Positions 1 through 9,881 of a stretch of DNA of 64,000 nucleotides are shown here, one piece after another. This stretch comes from an uncultured Candidatus Micrarchaeota archaeon. GTDB taxonomy: Archaea > Micrarchaeota > Micrarchaeia > Burarchaeales > Fermentimicrarchaeaceae. How positions within the stretch are numbered: position 1 is the first letter of the stretch; every line of letters starts with the position of its first letter. The DNA lies in NCBI GenBank assembly GCA_963760615.1, contig CAVXDX010000003.1, positions 109,915 to 173,914 on the forward strand. Reading direction: 5' to 3'. The position numbers and the translations under genes are program-made. The notes below the pieces were generated by a model. The model was given only the letters and a program-made list of their open reading frames with translations, was not told the origin of the DNA and did no database searches.

Positions 1-717
1 AGAAAAAAACCACGGATAGCAGTCAGGATTGTGCTCGTAGAGCCCGAGTACGAGATAAACCTAGGGCATGCCGCCCGCGTTATGGCAAACTTCGGTTTTG
101 ATGAACTCTACATTGTAAACCCAAAGGTTGAGATTGGGTTCAACGCAAGGATGTTCGCAAAGCACGCCTTGCCCATTCTTCAAAAAGCAAGAGTTGTTGC
201 AAGGCTGGAGGAGGCATTGACAGGCTGTGACTTCGTTGTTGGAACAACTGGTATAGTGGGCAGGAGCAGAAATGTAATACGCAACCCCGTAACACCTGCG
301 AAATTTGCAAATGATGCGAGCAAGCTTAGCGGAAAGTTCGCCCTGCTCTTCGGCAGGGAGGGCACTGGCCTGAGCAGGGATGAAATCAAGAGATGTGATT
401 TCCTTGTAACCATACCAGCAAACGAGAATTACCCAGTTCTCAACCTCTCCCACGCGCTTGCAATTGTGCTCTACGAGCTTGCCTCAAACAAGGAGCAGGT
501 GATGATAGCAACTGCAAGCGGGGAGGAGAAGGAGATGCTCATACGCTGCTTCAACAGCATTGTGGACAACTTCTCAAAACAGCTCAGGAGTCCCGACAAG
601 ATAAAGCAGTCCTTCAAAAGAGTGATTGGCAGGTCCCTCATATCAGATGTTGAGGCTGCCGCCATACTATGCGTGCTCCAGAGAATAAGAAAGAAGTTAA
701 AAATAAAAAGACTCTAA
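1..717 (+). CDS. trmJ: TrmJ/LasT-family SPOUT tRNA methyltransferase (5' end outside window)
   Basis: VLVEPEYEINLGHAARVMANFG, ALLFGREGTGL, YPVLNLSHA SPOUT motifs; frame is open from position 1. Confidence 0.85.
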   Translation, partial: RKKPRIAVRIVLVEPEYEINLGHAARVMANFGFDELYIVNPKVEIGFNARMFAKHALPILQKARVVARLEEALTGCDFVVGTTGIVGRSRNVIRNPVTPAKFANDASKLSGKFALLFGREGTGLSRDEIKRCDFLVTIPANENYPVLNLSHALAIVLYELASNKEQVMIATASGEEKEMLIRCFNSIVDNFSKQLRSPDKIKQSFKRVIGRSLISDVEAAAILCVLQRIRKKLKIKRL

Positions 718-1082
718 GCTTTCTTCCTTGACTTGACAATCTTCACTTTTGCCGGAGTCAGAAGAATCTTGTCGTTATCTATTCTCGCTATGTCGCCGTC
801 AATCTTCATCACGAAGCCCTTCATGCTTGAGACAATCGTCTTCAGCTTCGCTGTGTTTCTCGACATTGGAGCCACATTCAGCAATATTATGTTCCTCTGC
901 CTCAGCTCATTCTCAATGACCTTCACGTCCTCCTCGCTCTCAAGGGCCACTGGCTTCACGTAGAAATCGGCAGCCTCGTGCAGCACATCCACATTCTCGA
1001 GTTCCACGGTGTCCATGTATTCCTCAATATCCATGTCCTTGCTTATTCCCAGCGCCTTTGACAACTTCTGAAGTATCCCCAT
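714..1082 (-). CDS. sepF: Cell division protein SepF (archaeal)
   Basis: Acidic N-terminus, then VKVIENELRQRNIILLNV...DGDIARIDNDKILLTPAKVKI SepF core; GGGGTGA RBS. Confidence 0.85.
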   Translation of the reverse strand: MGILQKLSKALGISKDMDIEEYMDTVELENVDVLHEAADFYVKPVALESEEDVKVIENELRQRNIILLNVAPMSRNTAKLKTIVSSMKGFVMKIDGDIARIDNDKILLTPAKVKIVKSRKKA

Positions 1083-1346
1083 GTTTTCACCCCTTTCGAA
1101 TGCAACAGTTTAACTTTTCATAAGGGGGTTTAAATACTTTTCTTCTCCACCTCACTCGTTAGCCTTTTAAGTAAAGGAATATCCAAATTAAACACGCAGA
1201 TTACCTAGCTAGAAAAAGCGAAGAGAATTTATCAGATAAACCTGCAAAGAAAAAAATTAAAATAAGCTGAGACGTAGTTCGTAAGCCTTAATAACCTTTT
1301 CACCTAAAACTACTATTCCTTCGTGGTGAACTTAATCGGTGGTTAT

Positions 1347-2537
1347 TTGTTAAGCTCTTTCCAGGACATACTCTCGCGGAGCAGCATCTTCAGAGACAGG
1401 AATACGCTCTCTCCGCACTACATACCATCAACACTTCCGCACAGGGAGAAGGAGATAGGCATAGTGATGTCTGCAATCTCTCCAGCGCTGAAAGGAGAGA
1501 AGCCCAGGAGTATGTTCATATACGGCAAAACAGGAACTGGGAAGACCTCCTGCGTGAAATACGTGATGGAGAGATTTGAGGAGATGAAGAGCGGCACGGC
1601 AAGAATGTGCTATGTGAACTGCAGGATATACAACACGCGCTACAGGGTCTTCCACAAGCTTATGAAGGACAGCCTTCCGGAGTTTGCCAAGACGGGATAC
1701 GGCCTTTCCTTCTTCTATGAGAAGATGATTGATTTGTTAGATGCGAATGGGACCAACATGGTGATAGTGCTTGATGAGGTTGACATGGTGAGGGATTTGG
1801 ACGATTTGATATACACCCTCACAAGGGCGAATGACGATTTGAAGAAAGGCGGAATGTCAATAATCGGGATTTCAAACAAGCTTTCGTTCAAGGAGAGGCT
1901 TGACCCAAGGAGCAGGAGCACTCTCTACGAAACTGAGATAGTGTTTCCTCCCTATACTTCAAACCAGCTTAAATCCATTCTTGAGCAGAGAGTGAAGCTA
2001 GGCTTCTCCGAGGGAGCTGTTGATGATTCGGCAATAAACCTGGCATCAGCCATGGCGGCACAGGACAATGGGGATGCGCGCTATGCCCTCAAGCTCATAC
2101 TGAGGGCTGCCGAGATAGTTGATGAGGAAGGCGCAGGAGTTGTATCCGAGAGGTATGTAACCGCAGCCAGAAAATCGGTTGACGAGGACGTCTCCATTGA
2201 GGCGATAAGCACACTGCCGCAGCACCAGCAGATAGTGCTTTACTCCATAGCATCTCTCTCCATGGACGGAGGGCGCTACTCCAAGCTAAACGGGAATACC
2301 GAGAACTACCTCCTATCAGGGGAAGTCTATGAAACCTACCTCAGGGATTCGAGAAATTTCAAAAAAGAAGCAAGGAGCGCCCGCTGGTACCGCGAATATC
2401 TCAATGAGCTTGAGATGCTGGGGCTGATAACCACCGTTGAATCCGGTAAGGGCATGAGAGGGCACACGAGACTTGTTAAGCTCGCCTACTCCCCAGCCAA
2501 GGTCAAGAGCATCATTGAGAAAAATATCCTGGAGTGA
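1347..2537 (+). CDS. cdc6: Orc1/Cdc6 replication initiator AAA+ ATPase
   Basis: LSPHYIPSTLPHRE, Walker A GKTGTGKT, Walker B IVLDEVD, GDARYAL, C-terminal wHTH; TTG at 1347 follows GGTGG RBS (track start 1323). Confidence 0.95.
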   Translation: MLSSFQDILSRSSIFRDRNTLSPHYIPSTLPHREKEIGIVMSAISPALKGEKPRSMFIYGKTGTGKTSCVKYVMERFEEMKSGTARMCYVNCRIYNTRYRVFHKLMKDSLPEFAKTGYGLSFFYEKMIDLLDANGTNMVIVLDEVDMVRDLDDLIYTLTRANDDLKKGGMSIIGISNKLSFKERLDPRSRSTLYETEIVFPPYTSNQLKSILEQRVKLGFSEGAVDDSAINLASAMAAQDNGDARYALKLILRAAEIVDEEGAGVVSERYVTAARKSVDEDVSIEAISTLPQHQQIVLYSIASLSMDGGRYSKLNGNTENYLLSGEVYETYLRDSRNFKKEARSARWYREYLNELEMLGLITTVESGKGMRGHTRLVKLAYSPAKVKSIIEKNILE

Positions 2538-3128
2538 CTACCAGCCAACCAGCTCTTTCCTGCTTCCAAATACAGCAACCAGCACAAGCAACGGTCCTAT
2601 AACCATAATCCCGTAGAATAAGCTCACATTACTCGTTGGGTTGTCCCTAAAAAACTCTATACCCCCTGGGAGGTTCATCGCTCTCATCAGCTCAACAATG
2701 AAAGTGATGACAGATATGATAATGCCCGCTCTGTATGACCACTTATTTGTTGTCGCAAGCCCCGCCCCAAGGGCGAGGGAGGCAAGCCCAATGGCAAGGG
2801 AAGGTGCTTCAGAAAGCAGCGAATTGTTAAACGTTTCATGCAAACCAATAGAATTGTTGTAGACGAATACGGGTAGGTACCCCAGCAGCTGGTACGAATC
2901 GTGCAAACTGACAATTGCTATAAGAAGCGCAAGCAGGCTGGCCGCAAGAATCTTTAAAGTCAACGATTTTACAGTCTCCTCACGGACTTCTTTTACTATC
3001 TCCTTAAGGCAATCATAGCAGTAAGCCTTGTCGTCTATAAGCTCAACGCATGCTAGGCAGAAATGCTTCTTGCATCTCGCGCACTTGTAGATGCCCTCCT
3101 TTCCTGGGTGGTTGATGCATTCAGCCAA
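2538..3128 (-). CDS. B-box-like zinc-finger membrane protein
   Basis: CINHP...CARCKKHFCLAC...YCYDC followed by about four hydrophobic segments. Confidence 0.65.
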   Translation of the reverse strand: MAECINHPGKEGIYKCARCKKHFCLACVELIDDKAYCYDCLKEIVKEVREETVKSLTLKILAASLLALLIAIVSLHDSYQLLGYLPVFVYNNSIGLHETFNNSLLSEAPSLAIGLASLALGAGLATTNKWSYRAGIIISVITFIVELMRAMNLPGGIEFFRDNPTSNVSLFYGIMVIGPLLVLVAVFGSRKELVGW

Positions 3129-3134
3129 CTTATC

Positions 3135-3362
3135 TCACCTATTGTACTTGGCCATTGCTCTTTTCCTCTTCTTCTCATATATCCCTAGGCTCTTTCCGCA
3201 GCTTGGGCAGTAGTAAAACTTCCTTCTCTCCATGAGCTTCACATCATCCGCAGTTTTCAAATCAGTGCTGAAAACCATGGACCTCTCATAGGTGACCGCT
3301 TTTCCTCTCGGGAGCCTCCTGCCGCATGCCCCGCAGATAACCATATGGTCTCTTCCCCTCAT
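3135..3362 (-). CDS. rps26e: Ribosomal protein eS26 (S26e)-like, short form
   Basis: VICGACGRRLPRGKA...YYCPSCG matches eS26 CxxC-R-x-P-(R/K)DKA...YCVSCA; GAGGTGA RBS. Confidence 0.7.
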   Translation of the reverse strand: MRGRDHMVICGACGRRLPRGKAVTYERSMVFSTDLKTADDVKLMERRKFYYCPSCGKSLGIYEKKRKRAMAKYNR

Positions 3363-3366
3363 CAAC

Positions 3367-4116
3367 TCACCTCTGCTTTATATCTCCTATCTTACCAAGG
3401 CCTATTCCATTCAATAGAAATGTTTCTGCACCACCCAATTTAAACATTTCATTTCTAAAGAACGGTCCGAGCAGATCCCTCTCCTTTACAGCGTTGAACA
3501 CCATCCCCCCAACCAGCTCGCTGAAAGCCGGCATAATCACCACTTTCATCCTCATGTTAAAGTTTGAATATTTTTTCTCCACCTTCTTCGCCTCAAGCCT
3601 GCCAACAACCCATACCCTCTTGATGCTCCTGTAGCCCATCCTATCCACAAGCTCCACGCAGGGGTGGTTGTGGGCGAGCACAAGCCAGTCCGCTTCCATC
3701 ATTTTTTCAGAGGGCCAAGCATGCCCGTGGTTTAGAGAAATGCTTTCTCTCCGCACTCCGGCTGCATCGTGGACCTCAATTCCCTCAGCGATTTCTCTTA
3801 TGCCTCCGTCATGGTTTCCCATGACTACTGACACCCTGACTCTCTCGTTTATCTCCCTCAGAAACCTGCTGAGCCTATCCCTTTCAGGGAATTGCATATT
3901 CGGTATGTCATGCTTAACATCGCCAAGCAGCACAAGCTCATTGCAATGCGTCTCTTCAATAAGGTTCAGAAGCCTGTCCCCTGTCTTGTCAAAAAGATTC
4001 ATCTCTATACTGCTGCCGAATATGCTTCTCTCTATGCCAAGGTGCAAATCCGCAACAACCAGCATCCTATTATAAAGCAGCGCCGGCTCATTGCAGATGA
4101 ACTTTAACTCATCCAT
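3367..4116 (-). CDS. Calcineurin-like metallophosphoesterase
   Basis: ADLHLG, GDVKH, GNHD, HGH, AHNHP motifs; ATG at 4116 preferred over track start 4230. Confidence 0.85.
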   Translation of the reverse strand: MDELKFICNEPALLYNRMLVVADLHLGIERSIFGSSIEMNLFDKTGDRLLNLIEETHCNELVLLGDVKHDIPNMQFPERDRLSRFLREINERVRVSVVMGNHDGGIREIAEGIEVHDAAGVRRESISLNHGHAWPSEKMMEADWLVLAHNHPCVELVDRMGYRSIKRVWVVGRLEAKKVEKKYSNFNMRMKVVIMPAFSELVGGMVFNAVKERDLLGPFFRNEMFKLGGAETFLLNGIGLGKIGDIKQR

Positions 4117-4214
4117 GACAATACTATACAACCATGAAAATAAATCAATAGCGGTTGGATGAAAAGCTGGAGCGAGCTGCAAATTTTTATTAACTACCAT
4201 CCAAAAACACCACC

Positions 4215-5276
4215 ATGGCATTTTCACCAAGTTTCAAGGTCATGGGCATAGAAATAGAGCTGCACTGGAGCCTCCTGCTCTTGCTCCTGCTCATATTTGC
4301 TTCCGAAGGAATTGACGCCGCCCTGTCCATCCTGCTCATCTTCACATTTGTCGTTCTGCATGAGCTCTCCCACTCCTATGTTTCAATTAAAAACGGGATT
4401 GAAGTCAGAAAAATAACCCTCTTCCCAATAGGCGGCATGGCTACCATTGAGGATGTTTTCATACCCCCGGATGTTGAGTTCAAGCTCGCCATAGCAGGAC
4501 CGCTCTTCAACTTTGCAGTCATCGCCATTGCGCTGCCCCTCACCCTTCTGGTAACCAGCGAGCCAATAAGCTCATTCCTCTGGATTATTATTGAGATAAA
4601 TCTTGTGCTCGGAATTTTCAACCTTCTGCCTGCCATCCCTCTAGACGGGGGGCGAGTCTGGAGGAGCTGGAGAGAGAAGAAGGTTGGTCACCTCAGGGCA
4701 ACAGTTGACGCTGTGAAACTCAGCAGATTTACTGCCATACTGCTCCTCTCGATTTCGCTAATAATCGGATTTGTGCAGGATGACTTCGCTCTCCTTGTAT
4801 GGAATTTCCTGATATCCGCTGTCATCTACCTCGGCTCTCAAGCCGAGCTTAGCGTCGCGCTGCTCAAGGATTCTGCGAAAGGTCTTTTTGTGAGGGATGC
4901 CATGAATTTCTCAACTGTCTCACTGCACCCCAGTTCAACATTGAGGGAGGCATCCTCGCTGATGCATGCGACACGCTCGCCCGTAATTATTGTATCGAGC
5001 AAGCCTATAAAACTCCTCAGCTACAGGAATCTTCTGGAAATTGAAAAGAATAAGTGGGACAATGTAAAGGCACTGGACGTTGCCCAAACCTCACCAGTAT
5101 GCAGCATGGACGAGCCTATCCTTGACGCATGGAAGAAGATGAAATCAGCAGATGTGCCTATACTGCCTGTTTTGTTTGATGGCGGACTTGTAGGGACAGT
5201 AAGTGAGATTGACATAGAAAAGCTCCTCGTGCTGAATAGATTGCGGGTTGATTTCCCTGAAAAGGTTGAAAACTGA
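4215..5276 (+). CDS. Site-2 protease (M50) with C-terminal CBS pair
   Basis: HELSH zinc motif, FNLLPAIPLDGGR, CBS repeats (VRDAM..., ILPVLFDGGLVGTVSEIDI). Confidence 0.9.
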   Translation: MAFSPSFKVMGIEIELHWSLLLLLLLIFASEGIDAALSILLIFTFVVLHELSHSYVSIKNGIEVRKITLFPIGGMATIEDVFIPPDVEFKLAIAGPLFNFAVIAIALPLTLLVTSEPISSFLWIIIEINLVLGIFNLLPAIPLDGGRVWRSWREKKVGHLRATVDAVKLSRFTAILLLSISLIIGFVQDDFALLVWNFLISAVIYLGSQAELSVALLKDSAKGLFVRDAMNFSTVSLHPSSTLREASSLMHATRSPVIIVSSKPIKLLSYRNLLEIEKNKWDNVKALDVAQTSPVCSMDEPILDAWKKMKSADVPILPVLFDGGLVGTVSEIDIEKLLVLNRLRVDFPEKVEN

Positions 5277-5431
5277 AGTGATAGTGCATACATAAATGTG
5301 GTTAGCGAATTTATACAAAGTTATATTGGCGCGGAGGGTACCTGAAAGATGCACCTCCAGAGGTGGCAGAGGACTACGCATATATATTTATAAAGATTGG
5401 ATTGCCAATATAAAGAATTCTAGGTGTTTAG

Positions 5432-5977
5432 ATGAATCTCTGGCATGATATAGAAGCAGGTTCGGATATCCCCAATCTAATCAACGTCATAGTCGAAATA
5501 CCGAAAGGCTCGCAGAACAAGTACGAGTATGACAAGAAGCTCAATATAATAAAACTTGATAGGGTGCTATTCTCACCTTTCCACTATCCGGGGGATTACG
5601 GTATAATACCAAAAACGCTTTCCAAGGATGGCGACCCACTTGATGCCATTGTGCTTGTCACAAATCCCACCTACCCCGGCATACTCCTAAATGTGAGACC
5701 AGTTGGATTGCTTAGAATGAATGATGCCGGCAAGATAGATGACAAAATACTGTGCGTTTCTAATGATGACCCAAGGTTCAAGCATCATGTGGACATAGCG
5801 GACTTGGATGAGCACCTGCTCAAGGAAATAATGCACTTCTTCCAGGTATACAAAGACCTCGAGGGAAAATCCGTGAAGATGACAGGCTGGAAGGACTCTG
5901 CCGCTGCCAAGAAGATAATAGTAGAGTCAGTTGAAGCCTACAACAAGAAATATAGAAGCAGGGAAACCCGCAGATGA
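5432..5977 (+). CDS. ppa: Inorganic pyrophosphatase (family I)
   Basis: EIPKGSQNKYEYDK, YPGDYGIIPKTLSKDGDPLDAIV, DDKIL. Confidence 0.97.
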   Translation: MNLWHDIEAGSDIPNLINVIVEIPKGSQNKYEYDKKLNIIKLDRVLFSPFHYPGDYGIIPKTLSKDGDPLDAIVLVTNPTYPGILLNVRPVGLLRMNDAGKIDDKILCVSNDDPRFKHHVDIADLDEHLLKEIMHFFQVYKDLEGKSVKMTGWKDSAAAKKIIVESVEAYNKKYRSRETRR

Positions 5978-5981
5978 TGCC

Positions 5982-6173
5982 TTAAGCCTTTATCCTCAGA
6001 GCGTATTTTCCAGGCAGCTTGGCGTCTATCTTCTTTGCAAGCTCTGATTTTTCGGCATTGAATACTATCAGATAGCTGCTCCACTTGTCAGTTAGCTCTG
6101 TCCCACCGCAGTTCGGGCATTTGTTGCCCTCGGTGATAATGAATCTGCAGTTCTTGCATGCTTTCTCAGCCAT
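5982..6173 (-). CDS. spt4: Transcription elongation factor Spt4 (RpoE'')
   Basis: KACKNCRFI...CPNCG...W...PGKYALRI; follows rpoE1. Confidence 0.95.
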   Translation of the reverse strand: MAEKACKNCRFIITEGNKCPNCGGTELTDKWSSYLIVFNAEKSELAKKIDAKLPGKYALRIKA

Positions 6174-6177
6174 ATGA

Positions 6178-6732
6178 TCACTTCTTCTTAGGAGCTGCCT
6201 CCTCCTTTATCCACTCAAGCTTTCCCAGCCCCTCTGGCCTCATTGTGAGGCCTATCTTGGTTTCTGGGATGCTGCCTTTCATGCTGACTGTGGATATCTT
6301 GGCCAGCACATCATCACCCTTCTTTATTATTTTCTTGCTCTCCTTACCGATGAAAGCCGGTATCTTCTTGTCATAGGAAAGGAAATCGTTAGTTATCTGG
6401 GAGAGGTGCGCTAGGCCGTCAATCGGCCCCATCCTAACAAACGCTCCGAACTCCACTATTTCAGTAACCTCCCCCTCAAATATCTCATTCAGCTCAGGCT
6501 TGTAGGTAAGCATGTCAAAAGTCATCTCGTGGTATGACGCACCGTCACCCGGTATAACCTTCCCCTCGCTTATATCATGGGGGTTCCATACGCACAGAAC
6601 TATGCCAAAGTCCTTGTCAACCTTCCTCTCATACTTCTCCCTCAGTATGCTGACTATCGCTTCCTTGAGGTTCTTTGAGAAGTATTTTGGCTCTACTCTT
6701 ACAGTGCTCTTCACGGTTATTATGCTGTACAT
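6178..6732 (-). CDS. rpoE1: RNA polymerase subunit Rpo7 (RpoE')
   Basis: GKVIPGDGASYHEMTF, GEVTEIVEFGAFVRMGPIDGLAHLSQI, KIGLTMRPEGLGKLEW. Confidence 0.97.
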   Translation of the reverse strand: MYSIITVKSTVRVEPKYFSKNLKEAIVSILREKYERKVDKDFGIVLCVWNPHDISEGKVIPGDGASYHEMTFDMLTYKPELNEIFEGEVTEIVEFGAFVRMGPIDGLAHLSQITNDFLSYDKKIPAFIGKESKKIIKKGDDVLAKISTVSMKGSIPETKIGLTMRPEGLGKLEWIKEEAAPKKK

Positions 6733-6765
6733 TGTATCACCAATTTGTTGCGCAACATTAATATA

Positions 6766-7140
6766 TCATTCGAATTGTAAGCGTGACTTGCCCCTCAATA
6801 TTATGACTTTCACCCCTTCTTTCTTCAGCCTTTCTATGAGCCCTCTGTCATTTGTGCAGGCAACCGCGCCGTTTCTCGCGCAGTAGCTTACAACCCAGTC
6901 GTCAACGCTTCCATCGTTCTTTTTTATCTCCACCCTGCCAAGCTTTAGGAGCTTCAATGCGTACCTCGCGGCAGCCGAATCTCTTCCTTTTCCTGAGCCT
7001 ACTCCCGTCAATTCAGCAACAACTCCCTCGCACGTGACTGCCCTGTGCTCTCCAAGCAGCTCGCTCAATCCACCGAATATATTCACCTTGAATTGATGAG
7101 CAAGCATCAGGAAGTTGGTGTCTAGCACTGCTTCAAGCAT
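6766..7140 (-). CDS. PIN-domain protein (Fcf1/UTP23-like)
   Basis: VLDTNFLM...VDDWVV...VACTNDRGL; conserved position upstream of rpoE1. Confidence 0.85.
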   Translation of the reverse strand: MLEAVLDTNFLMLAHQFKVNIFGGLSELLGEHRAVTCEGVVAELTGVGSGKGRDSAAARYALKLLKLGRVEIKKNDGSVDDWVVSYCARNGAVACTNDRGLIERLKKEGVKVIILRGKSRLQFE

Positions 7141-7178
7141 CCAATTATTTTGTAGAATAACAAATTTAAATGCAACGC

Positions 7179-8255
7179 TTACCTGGTTATTTTTCCTTCC
7201 TTGAACGCATCCAGCAGCTCAGGGTGCTTCTCGAAATACTCCCTGCTCGGTTTTAGTATTCCCGTGAGTTCCCTCGTAACTGCACTCTTAAGATCTGTGG
7301 GGTGCAGCTCACCCTTCTTATACGCATCTCTCAGTTCATCGAATCTCATGTAATCAACATCCCCGCCGTACTTCTTGTTCCTCTCTATGTGCAGTGGCTT
7401 GTCCTTCATTATCACGTACTCGCAAAGCTCAATTATCGGGTTGTTTTCCGTTTGCTTCTCCGGGCAGTAGGCTGCGCTTATCTTATCCTTTATTTCCTTC
7501 TCCGAATCATGGATGTATACACTGCTTTTGGGAATGCTCTTGCTCATCTTTGAAGATACCTCCGTATCGAGCTTATCGTTGCTCTCAAAGCCCATCTTCT
7601 GCGGGCCCTGCAACCCCATCAGGAGATGCGTGTGCACTGCAACGGGTTTAGGCCATTTCATCTTTTCAGCAATCTCCCTGGTGAGCACGTGCACCTTCCT
7701 CTGGTCCATCCCTGCGTGCATGAGTTGTACCTTCAGGTGGAAGATGTCCGCAGCCTGCATTGCAGGATAGAGCAGGGCAGCAGATTCTGTCGCCTCAGTC
7801 TCCTTCCTTCCCATTATTGTCACGCACCTCAGCATCCTTTGTATGCTGGTGCTCTTCATTATCTCAACGACTTTAACCCAGTACCACTGGTCATAATGCT
7901 CGCTGGCAAGTGCGTATCTAACCTGCGATTCATCCAGACCAAGCGATACAAAACCTGCCTTGAAATACCCTCGGGCTATATCCCTTATTAAACTCAAGTC
8001 CCCCCCCAGCTTCTTGTTTATCCAGGAGTGGTAGTCAGCCAGCCATATGATAGGCCTTATACCTGCCTTTATGAAATCATTAATCTTCATTGCCGTAAGC
8101 AGCCCGGAGCCTATGTGCATCATCCCGCTTACCTCAAAACCGATGTAGTGCTGTGGGTGCTCCTCCCTCTCAAAAAGCTTGACCAGCTCCTCCTCAGTAA
8201 GCAGCTCTTCAGTCGGCTTCCTCTTCACAAGAAAAACCTTATCCTCTATGTTCAA
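7179..8255 (-). CDS. tyrS: Tyrosyl-tRNA synthetase (archaeal type)
   Basis: YIGFEVSGMMHIG (HIGH), YPAMQAADI, GMDQRKVH, KMSKS. Confidence 0.95.
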   Translation of the reverse strand: MNIEDKVFLVKRKPTEELLTEEELVKLFEREEHPQHYIGFEVSGMMHIGSGLLTAMKINDFIKAGIRPIIWLADYHSWINKKLGGDLSLIRDIARGYFKAGFVSLGLDESQVRYALASEHYDQWYWVKVVEIMKSTSIQRMLRCVTIMGRKETEATESAALLYPAMQAADIFHLKVQLMHAGMDQRKVHVLTREIAEKMKWPKPVAVHTHLLMGLQGPQKMGFESNDKLDTEVSSKMSKSIPKSSVYIHDSEKEIKDKISAAYCPEKQTENNPIIELCEYVIMKDKPLHIERNKKYGGDVDYMRFDELRDAYKKGELHPTDLKSAVTRELTGILKPSREYFEKHPELLDAFKEGKITR

Positions 8256-8266
8256 CTAATCACCTT

Positions 8267-9013
8267 CTATGCAATCTCAGGCATCTCACATTTGAATTCC
8301 ATCAATTTTATTCTTTCCCTAACCCTCCTTATAGTGCTTTCCTTCAAACCGAGCTCTCTTGCAATGGTCCTATCACTCTCCTTCCCAATTCTCATCAGAA
8401 TACTGTCAAGCTTGCTGTAGCTTATCCCAAGTTCTCCTTCAGCGGTCTGCCCTTCCCATAACCCCGGAGAGGGTTTCTTCCTTATTATCTCTCTTGGAAC
8501 CCCAAGCTTCTCCGCAAGTTTTCTCACCTCAGTTTTATACAGCCCGCCGATTGGAAGAAAATCGACTCCCCCGTCCCCATAGCGTGTGAAATAACCCATC
8601 TTCAGCTCACTTCTGTTGCCTGTCCCTGCAACAAGTAGATTCCTGCTGTTGGAAAAGTAATACAGGGTGCACATCCTTATTCTGGCCCGCAGGTTCCCGT
8701 TCGGTATTCGCGCCCCCTCCCCGAATCTTGGCAGTATCATCTTGAACTCCTTATACACCGAGCTGAAATCGATTATGTAGTATCCCACACCCAGACGCTT
8801 TGCGAGTTTTACCGCATCTTCCATGTCCGTCTTGCCAGTGGTCTCGCTCTCAGGCATTATCAGAGCAGTTACTCTTTTCTTACCAAGAGCTCTTGTGCAG
8901 AGTGTTGCGACAACTGCAGAATCGATCCCTCCGCTGATGCCGACAACTACCCCCTTTGCGCCAGCTTCTCTGACCTTTCTCCTTATGAAGCTCTCAGTCC
9001 TCCTTACCTGCAT
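8267..9013 (-). CDS. nadE: NH3-dependent NAD+ synthetase
   Basis: GISGGIDSAV, GNLRARIRM, GTGNRSE, GYFTRYGDG, PSPGLWEGQT. Confidence 0.95.
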   Translation of the reverse strand: MQVRRTESFIRRKVREAGAKGVVVGISGGIDSAVVATLCTRALGKKRVTALIMPESETTGKTDMEDAVKLAKRLGVGYYIIDFSSVYKEFKMILPRFGEGARIPNGNLRARIRMCTLYYFSNSRNLLVAGTGNRSELKMGYFTRYGDGGVDFLPIGGLYKTEVRKLAEKLGVPREIIRKKPSPGLWEGQTAEGELGISYSKLDSILMRIGKESDRTIARELGLKESTIRRVRERIKLMEFKCEMPEIA

Positions 9014-9115
9014 ACAAGATATTTCTCTTGCAACTCTTTTTATTATTTGCTTAGACCAACCGCAAACAATATAAAATGTTAATGGATTAATTACTGTATA
9101 GATTGAGGTGAGTTG

Positions 9116-9229
9116 TTGGGTTCTATCCCCAGAAAATGGAAGAAAGCCGGAAGAATGCGTTGGAAATGGCTTAAGAAAAGAAGGAAGAAGATGAAGAGAA
9201 AGCTCAAGAGAAGAGTGGGCGAGCTCTAG
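9116..9229 (+). CDS. rpl41e: Ribosomal protein eL41 (L41e); absent from ORF track
   Basis: Hand translation MGSIPRKWKKAGRMRWKWLKKRRKKMKRKLKRRVGEL; WKKxGxMRWKW signature; GAGGTGA RBS at 9105-9111, TTG start. Confidence 0.85.
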   Translation: MGSIPRKWKKAGRMRWKWLKKRRKKMKRKLKRRVGEL

Positions 9230-9840
9230 GTGCCTGCCCAGCTCCTAACAACATATCTACCTCTCTTCTCTATTTCTGCGAGTTGTTTCACAACCTCTTC
9301 GTACTTTTCATACTCCTCGTAGCCAGAGAGGAAGCTCCTGAATGTTCTCTCATCCCCAAGCGATTTCTTCATGAGCAGAACATCAATTGCCTTCTCCTCA
9401 GCATCCTTTGAAAAGCTTCCAAGACCGAAATCTATGAAAAAAACCTTTCCGTTGCTGATCATCACGTTGGCAGTTGTGAAATCTCCATGCACCACTCCGT
9501 GCCTGTGCAGTTTCGCCAGCCCTCTTCCAACCTCTTCAACTACCTTGCCGATGCCTCTACCTTTTTTATTTTTGATGAAATCCCTGAGCAACACGCCGTT
9601 TATGAAACCGAGCTTCAGCTCAAACTCATCTATTTCATATACGACTGGGCAAGCCACGCCAGCCCCCTTAGCTGAGTGCAAGAGATATGCTTCCCCTCTT
9701 GTCCTGCTTCCTCTCAGTGGAATGTCTATCTCCCTTATCCTATACCTCTTGGAAACTCTATTCTTGCTGGCGATTCTCCTATCAACAAGCCTCTCGATGT
9801 AAAGCTCTGCCTCTGCGCCCCTTGCGAGGAATTTTGCCAT
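9226..9840 (-). CDS. bud32: KEOPS kinase Bud32
   Basis: GAEAEL, KNRVSKRYR, RTRGEA, HGDFTTAN, FIDFGL. Confidence 0.93.
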   Translation of the reverse strand: MAKFLARGAEAELYIERLVDRRIASKNRVSKRYRIREIDIPLRGSRTRGEAYLLHSAKGAGVACPVVYEIDEFELKLGFINGVLLRDFIKNKKGRGIGKVVEEVGRGLAKLHRHGVVHGDFTTANVMISNGKVFFIDFGLGSFSKDAEEKAIDVLLMKKSLGDERTFRSFLSGYEEYEKYEEVVKQLAEIEKRGRYVVRSWAGT

Positions 9841-9881
9841 ATGCAAACCTACCTAGGATGCTTCATCAAAAGCGTGCTTGT

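Noticed and set aside
1083-1346. Replication origin next to cdc6
   Set aside because: AT-rich but no repeated ORB/mini-ORB seen; the only GAAAGGGG-like match is the sepF RBS. Needs GC-skew or Orc1 ChIP.
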